64,000 nt of DNA from Trueperaceae bacterium. GTDB taxonomy: Bacteria > Deinococcota > Deinococci > Deinococcales > Trueperaceae. Under the pieces are notes generated by a model. It did not search any database and was not told the DNA's origin. It saw only the letters and a list, made by a program, of their open reading frames with translations. The position numbers were made by a program, and so were the translations under genes. The stretch's first letter is position 1. Every line of letters starts with the position of its first letter. Location of the stretch: positions 1,408,001 through 1,472,000 of the forward strand of contig OZ243913.1 of assembly GCA_965213705.1 (NCBI GenBank), read 5' to 3'. Below are positions 50,373 through 58,688 of the stretch, one piece after another.

Positions 50373-51566
50373 ATGACCATGACGCTCGACCGCCCCCAGC
50401 AAGACCTCTGGTTCGACCTGAACGCAGACCAAAAAGCCATCCTCGGCCCGCTCCGCGAGTTTTTAACTTCGGAGGTCGCCCCCGGCGCAGTTGCCCGTGA
50501 CAAAACGGGTGAATTCCCGCTCGACATTGTCAAACAGCTCGGTGACATGGGCGTGCTCGGGATGCAGGTGCCGGAGAAATATGGTGGAGCAGCCCTAGAC
50601 ACCGCGACGATGGCCCTCATCATCGAAGAAATCGCTGCGGTGGACGGCTCGCTCTGCTTAACGGTCGCCTCGCACAACTCGCTCTGCACCGGGCACATTC
50701 AAATCGCCGGCAACGAGGCGCAGTATGAACAGTGGTTGCCCGACTTAGCGAGCGGCAAAAAACTCGGCGCTTGGGGCTTGACCGAACCCGGCTCGGGCTC
50801 GGACGCGGCGGGCTTGTCGACCAAGGCCGAGGACAAGGGCGACCACTTCGTCATCAACGGCGCGAAGTCGTTTATCACCCAGGGGACGGTCGGCGGCACC
50901 TACGTCGTCGTCGCCCGCACCGACGCGCCGCGGGAGGGCAAGTCCAAGGCTGACGGCATCAGCGCGTTCGTCTTTGACGGCGAAGCGCAAGGTTTGGTGC
51001 GCGGCAAGCCGGAGGAAAAGCTCGGGCTGCACAGCTCGGACACCACGCCGCTGACCTTTGAAAACCTGGAAGTTCCCGCTGCGAACCTGCTCGGCGAGCG
51101 CGGCGACGGCTTCAAAGACGTGATGGACGTGTTGAACGGCGGGCGCATAGGCATCGGCGCGATGGGCATCGGACTCGGCCGCGGAGCCTTGGAGATTGCC
51201 GCGAAGTACGCCCTCGAGCGCGAACAGTTCAACAAACCTATCGCCACCAACCAGGGTATCAGCTTCAAAATCGCCGAGATGGCGCTCGAGCTGGAAGCCG
51301 CCCGGATGCTCGTCCTCAAAGCCGCCGCCCTGAAAGACGCCGGCCGCGACTTCGCGCTGGCCGCCTCGATGGCGAAGCTGAAAGGCTCGGTCGCCGGGGT
51401 GCAGGCTTGCGACTACGCGATTCAGATTTTGGGCGGCTACGGCTACATCAAAGACTATCAAGTCGAGCGCATGTGGCGCGACGCGCGGCTGACCCGCATC
51501 GGCGAGGGCACGGACGAGGTGCAGCACATGATTATCTCGAGGGCGTACCTGAGCCAGTTCCGCTGA
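50373..51566 (+). CDS. acyl-CoA dehydrogenase
   Basis: WGLTEPGSGSDA, GRIGIGA, REQF, QILGGYGY, RIGEGTDEVQ. Confidence 0.95.
   Translation: MTMTLDRPQQDLWFDLNADQKAILGPLREFLTSEVAPGAVARDKTGEFPLDIVKQLGDMGVLGMQVPEKYGGAALDTATMALIIEEIAAVDGSLCLTVASHNSLCTGHIQIAGNEAQYEQWLPDLASGKKLGAWGLTEPGSGSDAAGLSTKAEDKGDHFVINGAKSFITQGTVGGTYVVVARTDAPREGKSKADGISAFVFDGEAQGLVRGKPEEKLGLHSSDTTPLTFENLEVPAANLLGERGDGFKDVMDVLNGGRIGIGAMGIGLGRGALEIAAKYALEREQFNKPIATNQGISFKIAEMALELEAARMLVLKAAALKDAGRDFALAASMAKLKGSVAGVQACDYAIQILGGYGYIKDYQVERMWRDARLTRIGEGTDEVQHMIISRAYLSQFR
51532..51557 (+). repeat. direct repeat, left copy (3' end of the acyl-CoA dehydrogenase gene)
   Basis: ttatctcgagggcgtacctgagccag, identical to 52188-52213. Confidence 0.95.
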
Positions 51567-51637
51567 GCGCTCGCGTGCGCCGGATTGAAATGCCCGACAG
51601 AAATCGCTCGGCATCATCACCTTCGGAGGTGACGATT

Positions 51638-51862
51638 GTGAAACGAGAACAAGTCTTGCAGCGTGACCCGGACGTGCTCGGTGGTACGGCTGTCTTTGCA
51701 GGCACACGCGTTCCTGTCCAAACGCTCATGGACTATCTCAAAGCCGGTGAGACGTTGGAAGATTTCCTCGACGGTTTTCCCAGTGTCAGCCGTATGCAAG
51801 CGGAAGCCTTTTTGCAACTCGCTCTGGAATCGGCCATAGGTGAGAATGCGCGTGCTGCTTGA
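51638..51862 (+). CDS. DUF433 family antitoxin
   Basis: DPDVLGGTAVFAGTRVPV..L.DYL..G; GGAGG RBS. Confidence 0.9.
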   Translation: MKREQVLQRDPDVLGGTAVFAGTRVPVQTLMDYLKAGETLEDFLDGFPSVSRMQAEAFLQLALESAIGENARAA

Positions 51863-52169
51863 TGAGAATATAGACCGGCGGCTGCGCAGGCTGTTCGACC
51901 TCGAGCACGAAGTCGTAAGTGTCGCAGAACACGGCTGGAGTGGCACGAAGAATGGCGACCTGCTTCGCCTTGCAGAGCAAGAATTTGATGCGTTGGTGAC
52001 GATGGACAAAAACATCCAATACCAGCAGCAGTTGGCGAATTTCGATTTGGTAGTCGTGCTGATTACGGCCTGGAGCAACAGGAGACAGGCTGTAGCGCCT
52101 GTCATGCCGGAGGTAAACCGAGCGTTGCGAAAGGGAAAGAAAGGGGAGTTGCAGGTAGTGGCGGCATGA
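51846..52169 (+). CDS. DUF5615 family PIN-like toxin
   Basis: MRVLLDENI, GWSGTKNGDLL, LVTMDKN..YQQ; overlaps the antitoxin. Confidence 0.88.
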   Translation: MRVLLDENIDRRLRRLFDLEHEVVSVAEHGWSGTKNGDLLRLAEQEFDALVTMDKNIQYQQQLANFDLVVVLITAWSNRRQAVAPVMPEVNRALRKGKKGELQVVAA

Positions 52170-52187
52170 CACGGCAGTTGCGCGATG

Positions 52188-52213
52188 TTATCTCGAGGGC
52201 GTACCTGAGCCAG
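52188..52213 (+). repeat. direct repeat, right copy
   Basis: Identical 26-mer; similarity continues to an equivalently placed TGA at 52220-52222. Confidence 0.95.
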
Positions 52214-52224
52214 GTTTGCTGAAC

Positions 52225-52674
52225 ATGAACATCTCGAAAACTCTGAAACTATTCTTGGCGCAGTGCGGTAGTTGCACCCACTCCTTCGGGTTGCCCCTAC
52301 TGAGCGATTCAGCTTACGGCGAATTCGTCCTTAAAGCTACGGAAGGTCGCTTTGCCTATCTGTCTTTGTTTGATGAGCCCATGTGGCGGAATATCGAGAA
52401 CAGTTTGACTTTAATTCCAAGCTACAGCCAGTTATCAAAAGGTAAACAAGCTCGGGTCTTTCAGGAAGTGCTTGCAAAATGTGCTGACCAAATGAATTCG
52501 TTCGGTTCGTCTCCAATCTGCCCTGTCTGCTCTTCACGAGCTATAACTTAAGGCGACTCAACGCCCCTAGGTGACGAAGAGATTCCCGTTGCCACGCTTG
52601 CCGAATTTCTGTCCTTGTCACCTGAAAGGCAAGTCAACTACCTCGAGCAGTTTGTAGAAAAGAGCCAAATTTAA
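52225..52674 (+). pseudogene. CxxC-containing hypothetical gene with an in-frame stop
   Basis: CGSC and CPVC motifs; TAA at 52549-52551 is followed by 40 more open codons (GDSTPLG...EKSQI). Confidence 0.6.
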
Positions 52675-52712
52675 GTGAGTCGTTGGATATGAAACCGAGA
52701 TAGCCCCAGAGC

Positions 52713-52746
52713 TTGCACATCTGTTTTCTGTACATTAAACTGTACT
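52713..52746 (+). promoter_or_regulatory. yefM-yoeB promoter with autoregulatory operator
   Basis: TTGCAC, 17-nt spacer, TAAACT; TGTACA (52729-52734) and TGTAC (52741-52745) match the known YefM operator core. Confidence 0.75.
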
Positions 52747-52747
52747 T

Positions 52748-53005
52748 ATGAGAACCCTGAACTACACAACAGCACGCCAGAACCTAGCCAGCGCGATAGA
52801 CGATGTCATAGACGACCACACGCCTCTTATCATTACTAAAGGGAGCGACAAGGCCGTGGTCATGATGAGCCTGGACGACTGGAATGCTTGGCAAGAAACC
52901 ATGTACTTGCTGCGCAGCCCCGCCAACGCCGAGCGCCTGCTCGACGCCGTCCGCGATTTCGACGAAGGCAAAAACCTTGTTGTCAAAGAGTCGCTGGCTG
53001 AGTGA
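52748..53005 (+). CDS. yefM: Phd/YefM antitoxin
   Basis: YTTARQNLA..ID.V, VMMSLDDW...QETMYLLRSPANA.RL. Confidence 0.93.
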   Translation: MRTLNYTTARQNLASAIDDVIDDHTPLIITKGSDKAVVMMSLDDWNAWQETMYLLRSPANAERLLDAVRDFDEGKNLVVKESLAE

Positions 53006-53262
53006 AGTATGTCTTTCACCAAACCGCTTGGGAAGACTATCTCTTCTGGCTAGGGCAAGACAAGAAAATTCTGAAACGTATCAACCTGTTGATTAAAGAC
53101 ATTGAGCGCAGTCCTTACGCGGGAATAGGCAAGCCCGAAGGCCTCAAACATAACTTGTCGGGTTGGTTGTCGCGGCGGATTACTGACGAGCACCGCATCG
53201 TTTACCGTGTCGAGGGTGATGAACTCCATATCGCCACGTTGCGTTACCACTACTCGAGGTAA
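53002..53262 (+). CDS. yoeB: Txe/YoeB mRNA interferase toxin
   Basis: AWEDYL.W, GIGKPE.LK.NLSG..SRRIT.EHR.VY, RYHY. Confidence 0.95.
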   Translation: MKYVFHQTAWEDYLFWLGQDKKILKRINLLIKDIERSPYAGIGKPEGLKHNLSGWLSRRITDEHRIVYRVEGDELHIATLRYHYSR

Positions 53263-53304
53263 TTCCGACGTGCATCCTTGGGCGCTGCAGAGAAAAGGTT
53301 TTTA

Positions 53305-54123
53305 GTGCAATCCCCTCACCCCACCATCGCCCTGCTTACCGATTTCGGCCTTGCGGACACCTACGTCGGCGCGATGAAAGGCGTCATCGCGGGCATCGCG
53401 CCGAGTGCAAACGTCATCGCCCTGAATCATCACATCCCGCCTCAAGATGTCGCCGCGGGTGCCTACGCGCTGCTGACGAGCTACGCCGACTTTCCAAATC
53501 ACACGGTGTTTTGCTGCGTCGTCGACCCGGAAGTCGGCAGTGGCCGGGACGCGCTCGCCGCTCAGGTCACCGCGCAGGGCGACACCTATTGGTTCGTCTT
53601 TCCAGACAACGGCCTACTCACGCCGCTGTTACAGGAGGTGACGCTCGAGGCCGTCGTCAGCCTCGACAACCCGAAGTACCACCACAAAAAAGCGAGCCGC
53701 ACCTTTCACGGACGCGATATTTTCGCGCCGGTGAGCGCTCACTTGGCGAACGGAGTCGAACTTGCGGCCCTCGGCACTCACCGCGACCCGGACCGAGTGC
53801 GCCGCCTCGAATGGCCGGAAGTCGTGCCGACTGAACACGGTTTCGAGGCTCGCGTCATCCACATTGACCACTTCGGGAACCTGGTAACGAACTTGAAGGG
53901 GCGTCGGCTCGAGCCTGACACTGGCGTCTGGAAGGTCGTCTGTGACAACGTCGTGATAGACGGTATTTCCAGCACTTTCACGGATGTAGAGCTAAACCGA
54001 CCTCTAGCCTACGTCGGCAGCGCGGGGTTTCTCGAGTTGGCGATTCGCCAAGGCAACGCGGCTGCGGCTTGGGGTGTGTCTCGAGGTGAGCGGGTGCGCG
54101 TGGAGCGCTCAAACGACGGTTAG
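53305..54123 (+). CDS. SAM hydrolase / SAM-dependent halogenase family protein (DUF62)
   Basis: LLTDFG..D.YVG.MKGVI, VVDP.VGS.R, PDNGLL, TFHGRDIFAP, IDHFGN; start codon uncertain. Confidence 0.92.
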   Translation: MQSPHPTIALLTDFGLADTYVGAMKGVIAGIAPSANVIALNHHIPPQDVAAGAYALLTSYADFPNHTVFCCVVDPEVGSGRDALAAQVTAQGDTYWFVFPDNGLLTPLLQEVTLEAVVSLDNPKYHHKKASRTFHGRDIFAPVSAHLANGVELAALGTHRDPDRVRRLEWPEVVPTEHGFEARVIHIDHFGNLVTNLKGRRLEPDTGVWKVVCDNVVIDGISSTFTDVELNRPLAYVGSAGFLELAIRQGNAAAAWGVSRGERVRVERSNDG

Positions 54124-55140
54124 GTGTTTCATCTGCGGTCGTTCGTCCAGCACCTCGTCCGGCACTTTGTTCAGGGCGTCGAGGACGGTTTCTGCACCCG
54201 CGCCCGGCAAGTGCGCGTTCTCGCTTAAAAAGCGCCGCCACGCTTTCGCGCCGGGCTTTCCAGCGAACAAGCTCAACATGTGGCGCGTGATGTGTTTCAG
54301 GTAGAGCCCTTCGCGCGTTTTCTCTTCGATGTACGGCAGCATCTTTTCGACGACCTCGCGGCGTGTGGGCGGGAGCGTGCTCGAGCCGTAAAAGGTTTGG
54401 TCGGCCGTCGCGAACAGGTAAGGGTTTTCGTAGGCCGCGCGGCCCAGCATCACGCCGTCGACGTGTTGCAAGTGTGTTCGGGCGTCCTCGAGCGCCTTTA
54501 CGCCGCCGTTGAGTTCAATGGTCAAGTGCGGGAACTCTCGTTTCAACCGGTACACGTCTTCATAGCGTAGCGGCGGCACCGTGCGGTTTTCCTTGGGGCT
54601 GAGGCCCTGCAACCACGCCTTGCGCGCGTGAACGCTGAAGCGGTCGGCCCCTGCTTTGGAGACGGTTCGCACAAAGTTTGCCATGTCTTCATAACGGTCG
54701 AGCGCGTCCACCCCGATGCGGTGCTTGACGGTCACGGGGATGCTCACGGCGTTTTTCATCGCCTCGACTGCCCGCGCCACCGTTTCCGGCTGCGCCATGA
54801 GGCAAGCGCCGAAGTTGCCGCTCTGCACCCGATTCGACGGGCAGCCCACGTTCAGGTTGACCTCGCTGTAGCCCCAAGTTTCGGCCATGCGAGCGCACTC
54901 GGCCAACGCCTGCGGGTCGTCGCCGCCGAGCTGGAGGGCGAGCGGCAACTCTTCACGCGAAAATTCTAGGTGCCGCGCCCGGTCGCCGTGCAGCAGCGCG
55001 CCGGTCGTGACCATTTCGGTGTAGAGGAGAGTCTGCTTCGTAAGCCCGCGCATGAAAAAGCGGTAGTGGCGGTCGGTCCAGTCCATCATGGGGGCGACGC
55101 TGAGGGGCAGGTGTCTGGTGTTCTGTGTTTGTTTGCTCAT
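54109..55140 (-). CDS. dusA: tRNA dihydrouridine(20/20a) synthase
   Basis: SVAPMMDWTDRH, NLNVGCPS.RV, HARKAWL.GLSPKENR.VPPL.Y. Confidence 0.95.
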   Translation of the reverse strand: MSKQTQNTRHLPLSVAPMMDWTDRHYRFFMRGLTKQTLLYTEMVTTGALLHGDRARHLEFSREELPLALQLGGDDPQALAECARMAETWGYSEVNLNVGCPSNRVQSGNFGACLMAQPETVARAVEAMKNAVSIPVTVKHRIGVDALDRYEDMANFVRTVSKAGADRFSVHARKAWLQGLSPKENRTVPPLRYEDVYRLKREFPHLTIELNGGVKALEDARTHLQHVDGVMLGRAAYENPYLFATADQTFYGSSTLPPTRREVVEKMLPYIEEKTREGLYLKHITRHMLSLFAGKPGAKAWRRFLSENAHLPGAGAETVLDALNKVPDEVLDERPQMKHLTVV

Positions 55141-55201
55141 AGCAAATTCTCTACTCAAAAGTTGTGTACTTCGACGAGTATGTTTCTCTTCGTGCGTTTC
55201 T

Positions 55202-55390
55202 CTAAAACTTCGGCTCGAGTCCAGCTTGTTTACACATCGCGTTCGCCGTGATTCTGTCTATCGTGCGGTGACGCTTAACAGGTATCGTCTTCTCACCCTT
55301 GACATAAATAGAGTGGTCGGCACCTTCACGAAGCAAACGAAAACCGCTGTCCTCAAAATACCTCACAAGGTCACGCCGCTTGACCGACAA
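55202..55390 (-). CDS. hicA: HicA family toxin
   Basis: KRRDLV.Y....GF..LREG..H.IY, IPV.RH, ICKQ-like C-terminus. Confidence 0.88.
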   Translation of the reverse strand: MSVKRRDLVRYFEDSGFRLLREGADHSIYVKGEKTIPVKRHRTIDRITANAMCKQAGLEPKF

Positions 55391-55610
55391 GACTTGTCTC
55401 TATGGGCAGTTGTTCGATAAAGCCACCGGCCACCGGAATCTGTTTGTTTTGCTGTCGGTACGCCAAAACCATTTCTTGAAGCGCGTCTTTAAGCATAGCC
55501 CGGCAGTCCTCAATATCTTTACCCTCGCTGATAACTTCGGGCCATTCGACAATCTGGCCCATGTAGCCGGAGTCTATTTTCGTGTACTTTGCTGTGTAAC
55601 TGGTCAGCAT
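55371..55610 (-). CDS. hicB: HicB family antitoxin (short form)
   Basis: Y.G...EWP.VISEG..IE.C...L.DAL; TAGACT -10 box before the ATG. Confidence 0.88.
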   Translation of the reverse strand: MLTSYTAKYTKIDSGYMGQIVEWPEVISEGKDIEDCRAMLKDALQEMVLAYRQQNKQIPVAGGFIEQLPIETSLVGQAA

Positions 55611-55672
55611 AGGCTTAGTCTAGCACCGCCGGGACGGATATTTCATCATTTGAATAAGGTGTAATATCATCG

Positions 55673-55927
55673 TCAAGCAGCTACATCGTCCGTCAGCGCT
55701 CGAGCCTCTAAATAAAGGGTGTCCGGCCCGAAATCCTGTTCGTGCGGCCACTGAACGCCGCCGAAAAAAGGTCTGACCTGTTTGAAGTAGGCCAGACTTT
55801 GCAACTCTTCAAAAACACCTTTGTCCAGATAAGGACGCACGTCGAACACCTTCTCTTCTCCGTTGTCAAAGGATAAAAACAAGTTGAAATTATCTCGCGC
55901 GGCAACTTCAATTACTTTTGGGCTCAT
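55673..55927 (-). CDS. DUF2442 family protein (putative antitoxin)
   Basis: L.L.FDNGE.K.FDV.PYL.KGVF..L, V.WP..QD..PDTLY. Confidence 0.88.
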   Translation of the reverse strand: MSPKVIEVAARDNFNLFLSFDNGEEKVFDVRPYLDKGVFEELQSLAYFKQVRPFFGGVQWPHEQDFGPDTLYLEARALTDDVAA

Positions 55928-55936
55928 GACGTCTCC

Positions 55937-56206
55937 TTACTTTAAAGGGTCGATTTTGAAAACTTGTTCGCCGTTTACGGCCAATTTCCAGTTCGCCATG
56001 AGTTCGTCACGGTGAATTTCAATCCAGGCTTGAAGAAGCTTCATTTTGGACCTCGGCAAGCCCCCTGCCAAAACTTCTCCGTCAGGAATCGAGAGGATAA
56101 CTTCATCATCTTGATACTGCGCGTGAACGTGGGGTCTGTGGTGCTTTTTGTCGTCAAAGTAATACATCAGCACAATCACGCCGTAAAACATTGAGATGAC
56201 CGGCAC
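55937..56206 (-). CDS. DUF4160 family protein (putative toxin)
   Basis: MPVISMFYG.IV.MY..D...H..PH.HA, W.E.H..EL..NW; GTG start 1 nt after the ispH stop. Confidence 0.9.
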   Translation of the reverse strand: MPVISMFYGVIVLMYYFDDKKHHRPHVHAQYQDDEVILSIPDGEVLAGGLPRSKMKLLQAWIEIHRDELMANWKLAVNGEQVFKIDPLK

Positions 56207-56207
56207 C

Positions 56208-57233
56208 TCAGCCGCTCGTAACCGGCGCAGGCACCCGCTTCGCCGGGCGGAAGACGATGTTCTCCCACTCGCCCTCTTCGATAGTTTGCAAATTCGGATT
56301 GCGCGCTTCAAAAAAGGCGCAAATCTCCTGCACGAGGTCGTCCGGCGTGCTCGCCGCCGAGGTCACGCCGACGCTTTTCACGTCCTCCAACCAAGCTTCT
56401 TGAACGTCCTCGACCGTTTCGACTCGGCGGCTGTTGCCCATCAGGTCTTGGGCCAGCTCGACCAGGCGCATCCCGTTCGAGGAGTAGTCCGAAGAGACCA
56501 CCAAAAACAAGTCCACCAGCGGCGCGATTTCTTTGACCGCGTCCTGCCGGTTTTTCGTCGCGTAGCAGAGGTCGTCGGAGGGCGGCGTGTGGAGCTTGGG
56601 AAAACGCTCTCGCAGAATATCAATCGTCTTTTGTACGTCGTCCACACTCAAGGTCGTCTGGGTGAGCACCACGACCTTGTCCGGGTCGGGGACGGTGACG
56701 GTGTAGGGGTCGGCCAAATCGGGGTCGTGCCTGCGGTTGCCGACGACGCTCACGACGGTGGTCGCGTGGGGCGCTTCGCCGCGCGTGCCGATGACTTCCT
56801 GGTGGCGGCTCGAGTCGCCAATCAATAAGACGTGATAGCCCTCGCGCACGTATTTTTTGGCTTCGGTGTGAACTTTTGTGACGAGCGGGCAAGTCGCGTC
56901 GATGGTGGCGAGGCCGAGCTGCGCCGCCCGGTTGCGCACCGCCGGGCTGACGCCGTGGGCGGAGAAGACGACGGTGTCGGAAAGTTTGCCGTTCTGGGCG
57001 TTTACCGCTTCCTCCACACCTTTCAATTCGTCCAAATCCTCGACGAAGTGAACGCCGTGCGACGCTTCCAGACGCTCAATCACAGTGTCGTTGTGGACGA
57101 TAGCGTGGTAGACGCTCAGGTCGCCCTCATTACTTTCCGCCATCTCCTGCGCGGTTTTCTCGACCGCCTCAATCGCCATCACCACACCCGCGCAGTAGCC
57201 GCGCGGTTTGGCGAGGTAAAGCTTTTCAATCAT
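56208..57233 (-). CDS. ispH: 4-hydroxy-3-methylbut-2-enyl diphosphate reductase
   Basis: [44 protein letters not shown]. Confidence 0.97.
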   Translation of the reverse strand: MIEKLYLAKPRGYCAGVVMAIEAVEKTAQEMAESNEGDLSVYHAIVHNDTVIERLEASHGVHFVEDLDELKGVEEAVNAQNGKLSDTVVFSAHGVSPAVRNRAAQLGLATIDATCPLVTKVHTEAKKYVREGYHVLLIGDSSRHQEVIGTRGEAPHATTVVSVVGNRRHDPDLADPYTVTVPDPDKVVVLTQTTLSVDDVQKTIDILRERFPKLHTPPSDDLCYATKNRQDAVKEIAPLVDLFLVVSSDYSSNGMRLVELAQDLMGNSRRVETVEDVQEAWLEDVKSVGVTSAASTPDDLVQEICAFFEARNPNLQTIEEGEWENIVFRPAKRVPAPVTSG

Positions 57234-57378
57234 GAGGCAAGTATAGCCGGAAGGGGGCTCGAGCTTCGTCGGTCAGCCTGTAGTTTATAGCCGGTAGCTT
57301 GTAAAAAATCCCGTAGGCCATAAACGATAAAGTCCTTACTGCTTTGAAAGTAACTTGACTCCGCAACCCACCTGACCT

Positions 57379-57410
57379 ACTCGGTACTTTCCACTCGGTC
57401 CTCGGTACTT
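57379..57410. repeat. heptamer-repeat element, family B
   Basis: actcggtactttccactcggtcctcggtactt. Confidence 0.8.
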
Positions 57411-57449
57411 GTCCCCCCGACCTCGAGCCCGTGCCGACGCACCCGCGGC

Positions 57450-58574
57450 CTACAACACCGGCTGCGCCTCGTCCTCGGCTTTTTTCTCTTTGACCTCTTC
57501 GACCCAGTAGGGCGAAATCCAACCCCGCTCGGCGGCGTGGCGCGCGGCCGTTACGGTGTCGGGAACGAGGACGAGTTCGCTGCGGTCGCGCCGCAACTCC
57601 TCAGCGAGTTTTTGAACCTCTTCGTCGCGCGCGGCTTCTTCGCTGACGTCGCGGATGTAGATGCAGAGCACGCGGTCGGGGTGGTCGTGGACGACCTCGT
57701 GGTAAATTTCCGGGTCTTCCTGGCCGCTGTCGCCGATGAGGATGAAGGGCAGGTGCGGGTAGGTCGCGAAGATGTGCTCAATCGCGCCCAGCTTGTGCTC
57801 GCCGTGCGAACTCGCGAACAGCTCGGTCTCGCTGATGCCCCAGTCGCGCAGCATCAGGGGGCCTAAAGGAATCTCGTTGACGTCTAAAAAGTCGACCAAC
57901 AAGTCGTAGAGGTTCCAGGGGCTGCTCGAGACGTAGAACAGCGGGTTCGTGTCGCGGTGCAGCGCCGCGTAAAAGGCCGAGACGCCCTCGAAGGGGAGCC
58001 GGGTGCGGGCGTTGCCGAACAAGGTTTTTTTCGCCATCGACAGCAAACTCGTCGCGCCGGTTTGCAAGACGGTGTCGTCCATGTCGCTGATAATGCCGAA
58101 TTCGGCCCGTTCGGGCGGCACGATGACGGTGCCGGTGAAGCGGGTGCCGGTCTGTTTGGCGGGCAGGGGCGACAACAGTTCGAACTCTAACTCTTGGAGG
58201 TAGTCGGGGTTTTCCAGAGGTGTCTCGAGCTGCAAACGCACGTCGAAATAGCCCTCCTCGTCGGTGAGAAGGTCTTGACTCTGGCCCCGAAAACTTACCC
58301 GGACGCGGGCGTTGGGCGTTTCGTCGCTGTCGAAGCGCTTGTAGGCATCGACTAAGTTTTTCCACAGCGAGGTGTCGTCCTCGGGGTCGCTGATGCCCTT
58401 GTCCTCGAGCACGCGGCCTTTTAGATGCAGTTCGTCAGGCGTGCCGTAGCCGAGGTACGGGAAAATCATCAGCCCGTCGCGCAGGTAGGGGCGCTTGACG
58501 CGGTGCTTGGCGCGGCCCAGACCTCTTTCGGCCTCAAAGGCAAGCTTGTGAAACCTGTCTTTCCATTTGCCCAT
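57450..58574 (-). CDS. App1 family phosphatase (DUF2183)
   Basis: ISDMDDT, YVSSSPWNLY, LIGDSGQEDPEIY, IYIR; TATAAT before ATG 58574. Confidence 0.9.
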   Translation of the reverse strand: MGKWKDRFHKLAFEAERGLGRAKHRVKRPYLRDGLMIFPYLGYGTPDELHLKGRVLEDKGISDPEDDTSLWKNLVDAYKRFDSDETPNARVRVSFRGQSQDLLTDEEGYFDVRLQLETPLENPDYLQELEFELLSPLPAKQTGTRFTGTVIVPPERAEFGIISDMDDTVLQTGATSLLSMAKKTLFGNARTRLPFEGVSAFYAALHRDTNPLFYVSSSPWNLYDLLVDFLDVNEIPLGPLMLRDWGISETELFASSHGEHKLGAIEHIFATYPHLPFILIGDSGQEDPEIYHEVVHDHPDRVLCIYIRDVSEEAARDEEVQKLAEELRRDRSELVLVPDTVTAARHAAERGWISPYWVEEVKEKKAEDEAQPVL

Positions 58575-58688
58575 AGCCCGATTATAACAGTCTGGCGGGT
58601 CGGCCTTGCCGGTGGGCAACGTGCTTGACCGCCAACCCAAGTCGGGCACCGGCTCGACGTCTCACTTTCGGCTTGCTAGAATGGGGCC

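Noticed and set aside
52635..52656. Third copy of the acyl-CoA dehydrogenase end (YLEQF versus YLSQF)
   Set aside because: The nucleotide match is too short and gapped to distinguish from chance.
53305..54123. Fluorinase linked to crcB
   Set aside because: The DUF62 family is mostly SAM hydrolases, the genes are 8 kb apart, and nothing in the sequence specifically supports halogenase activity.
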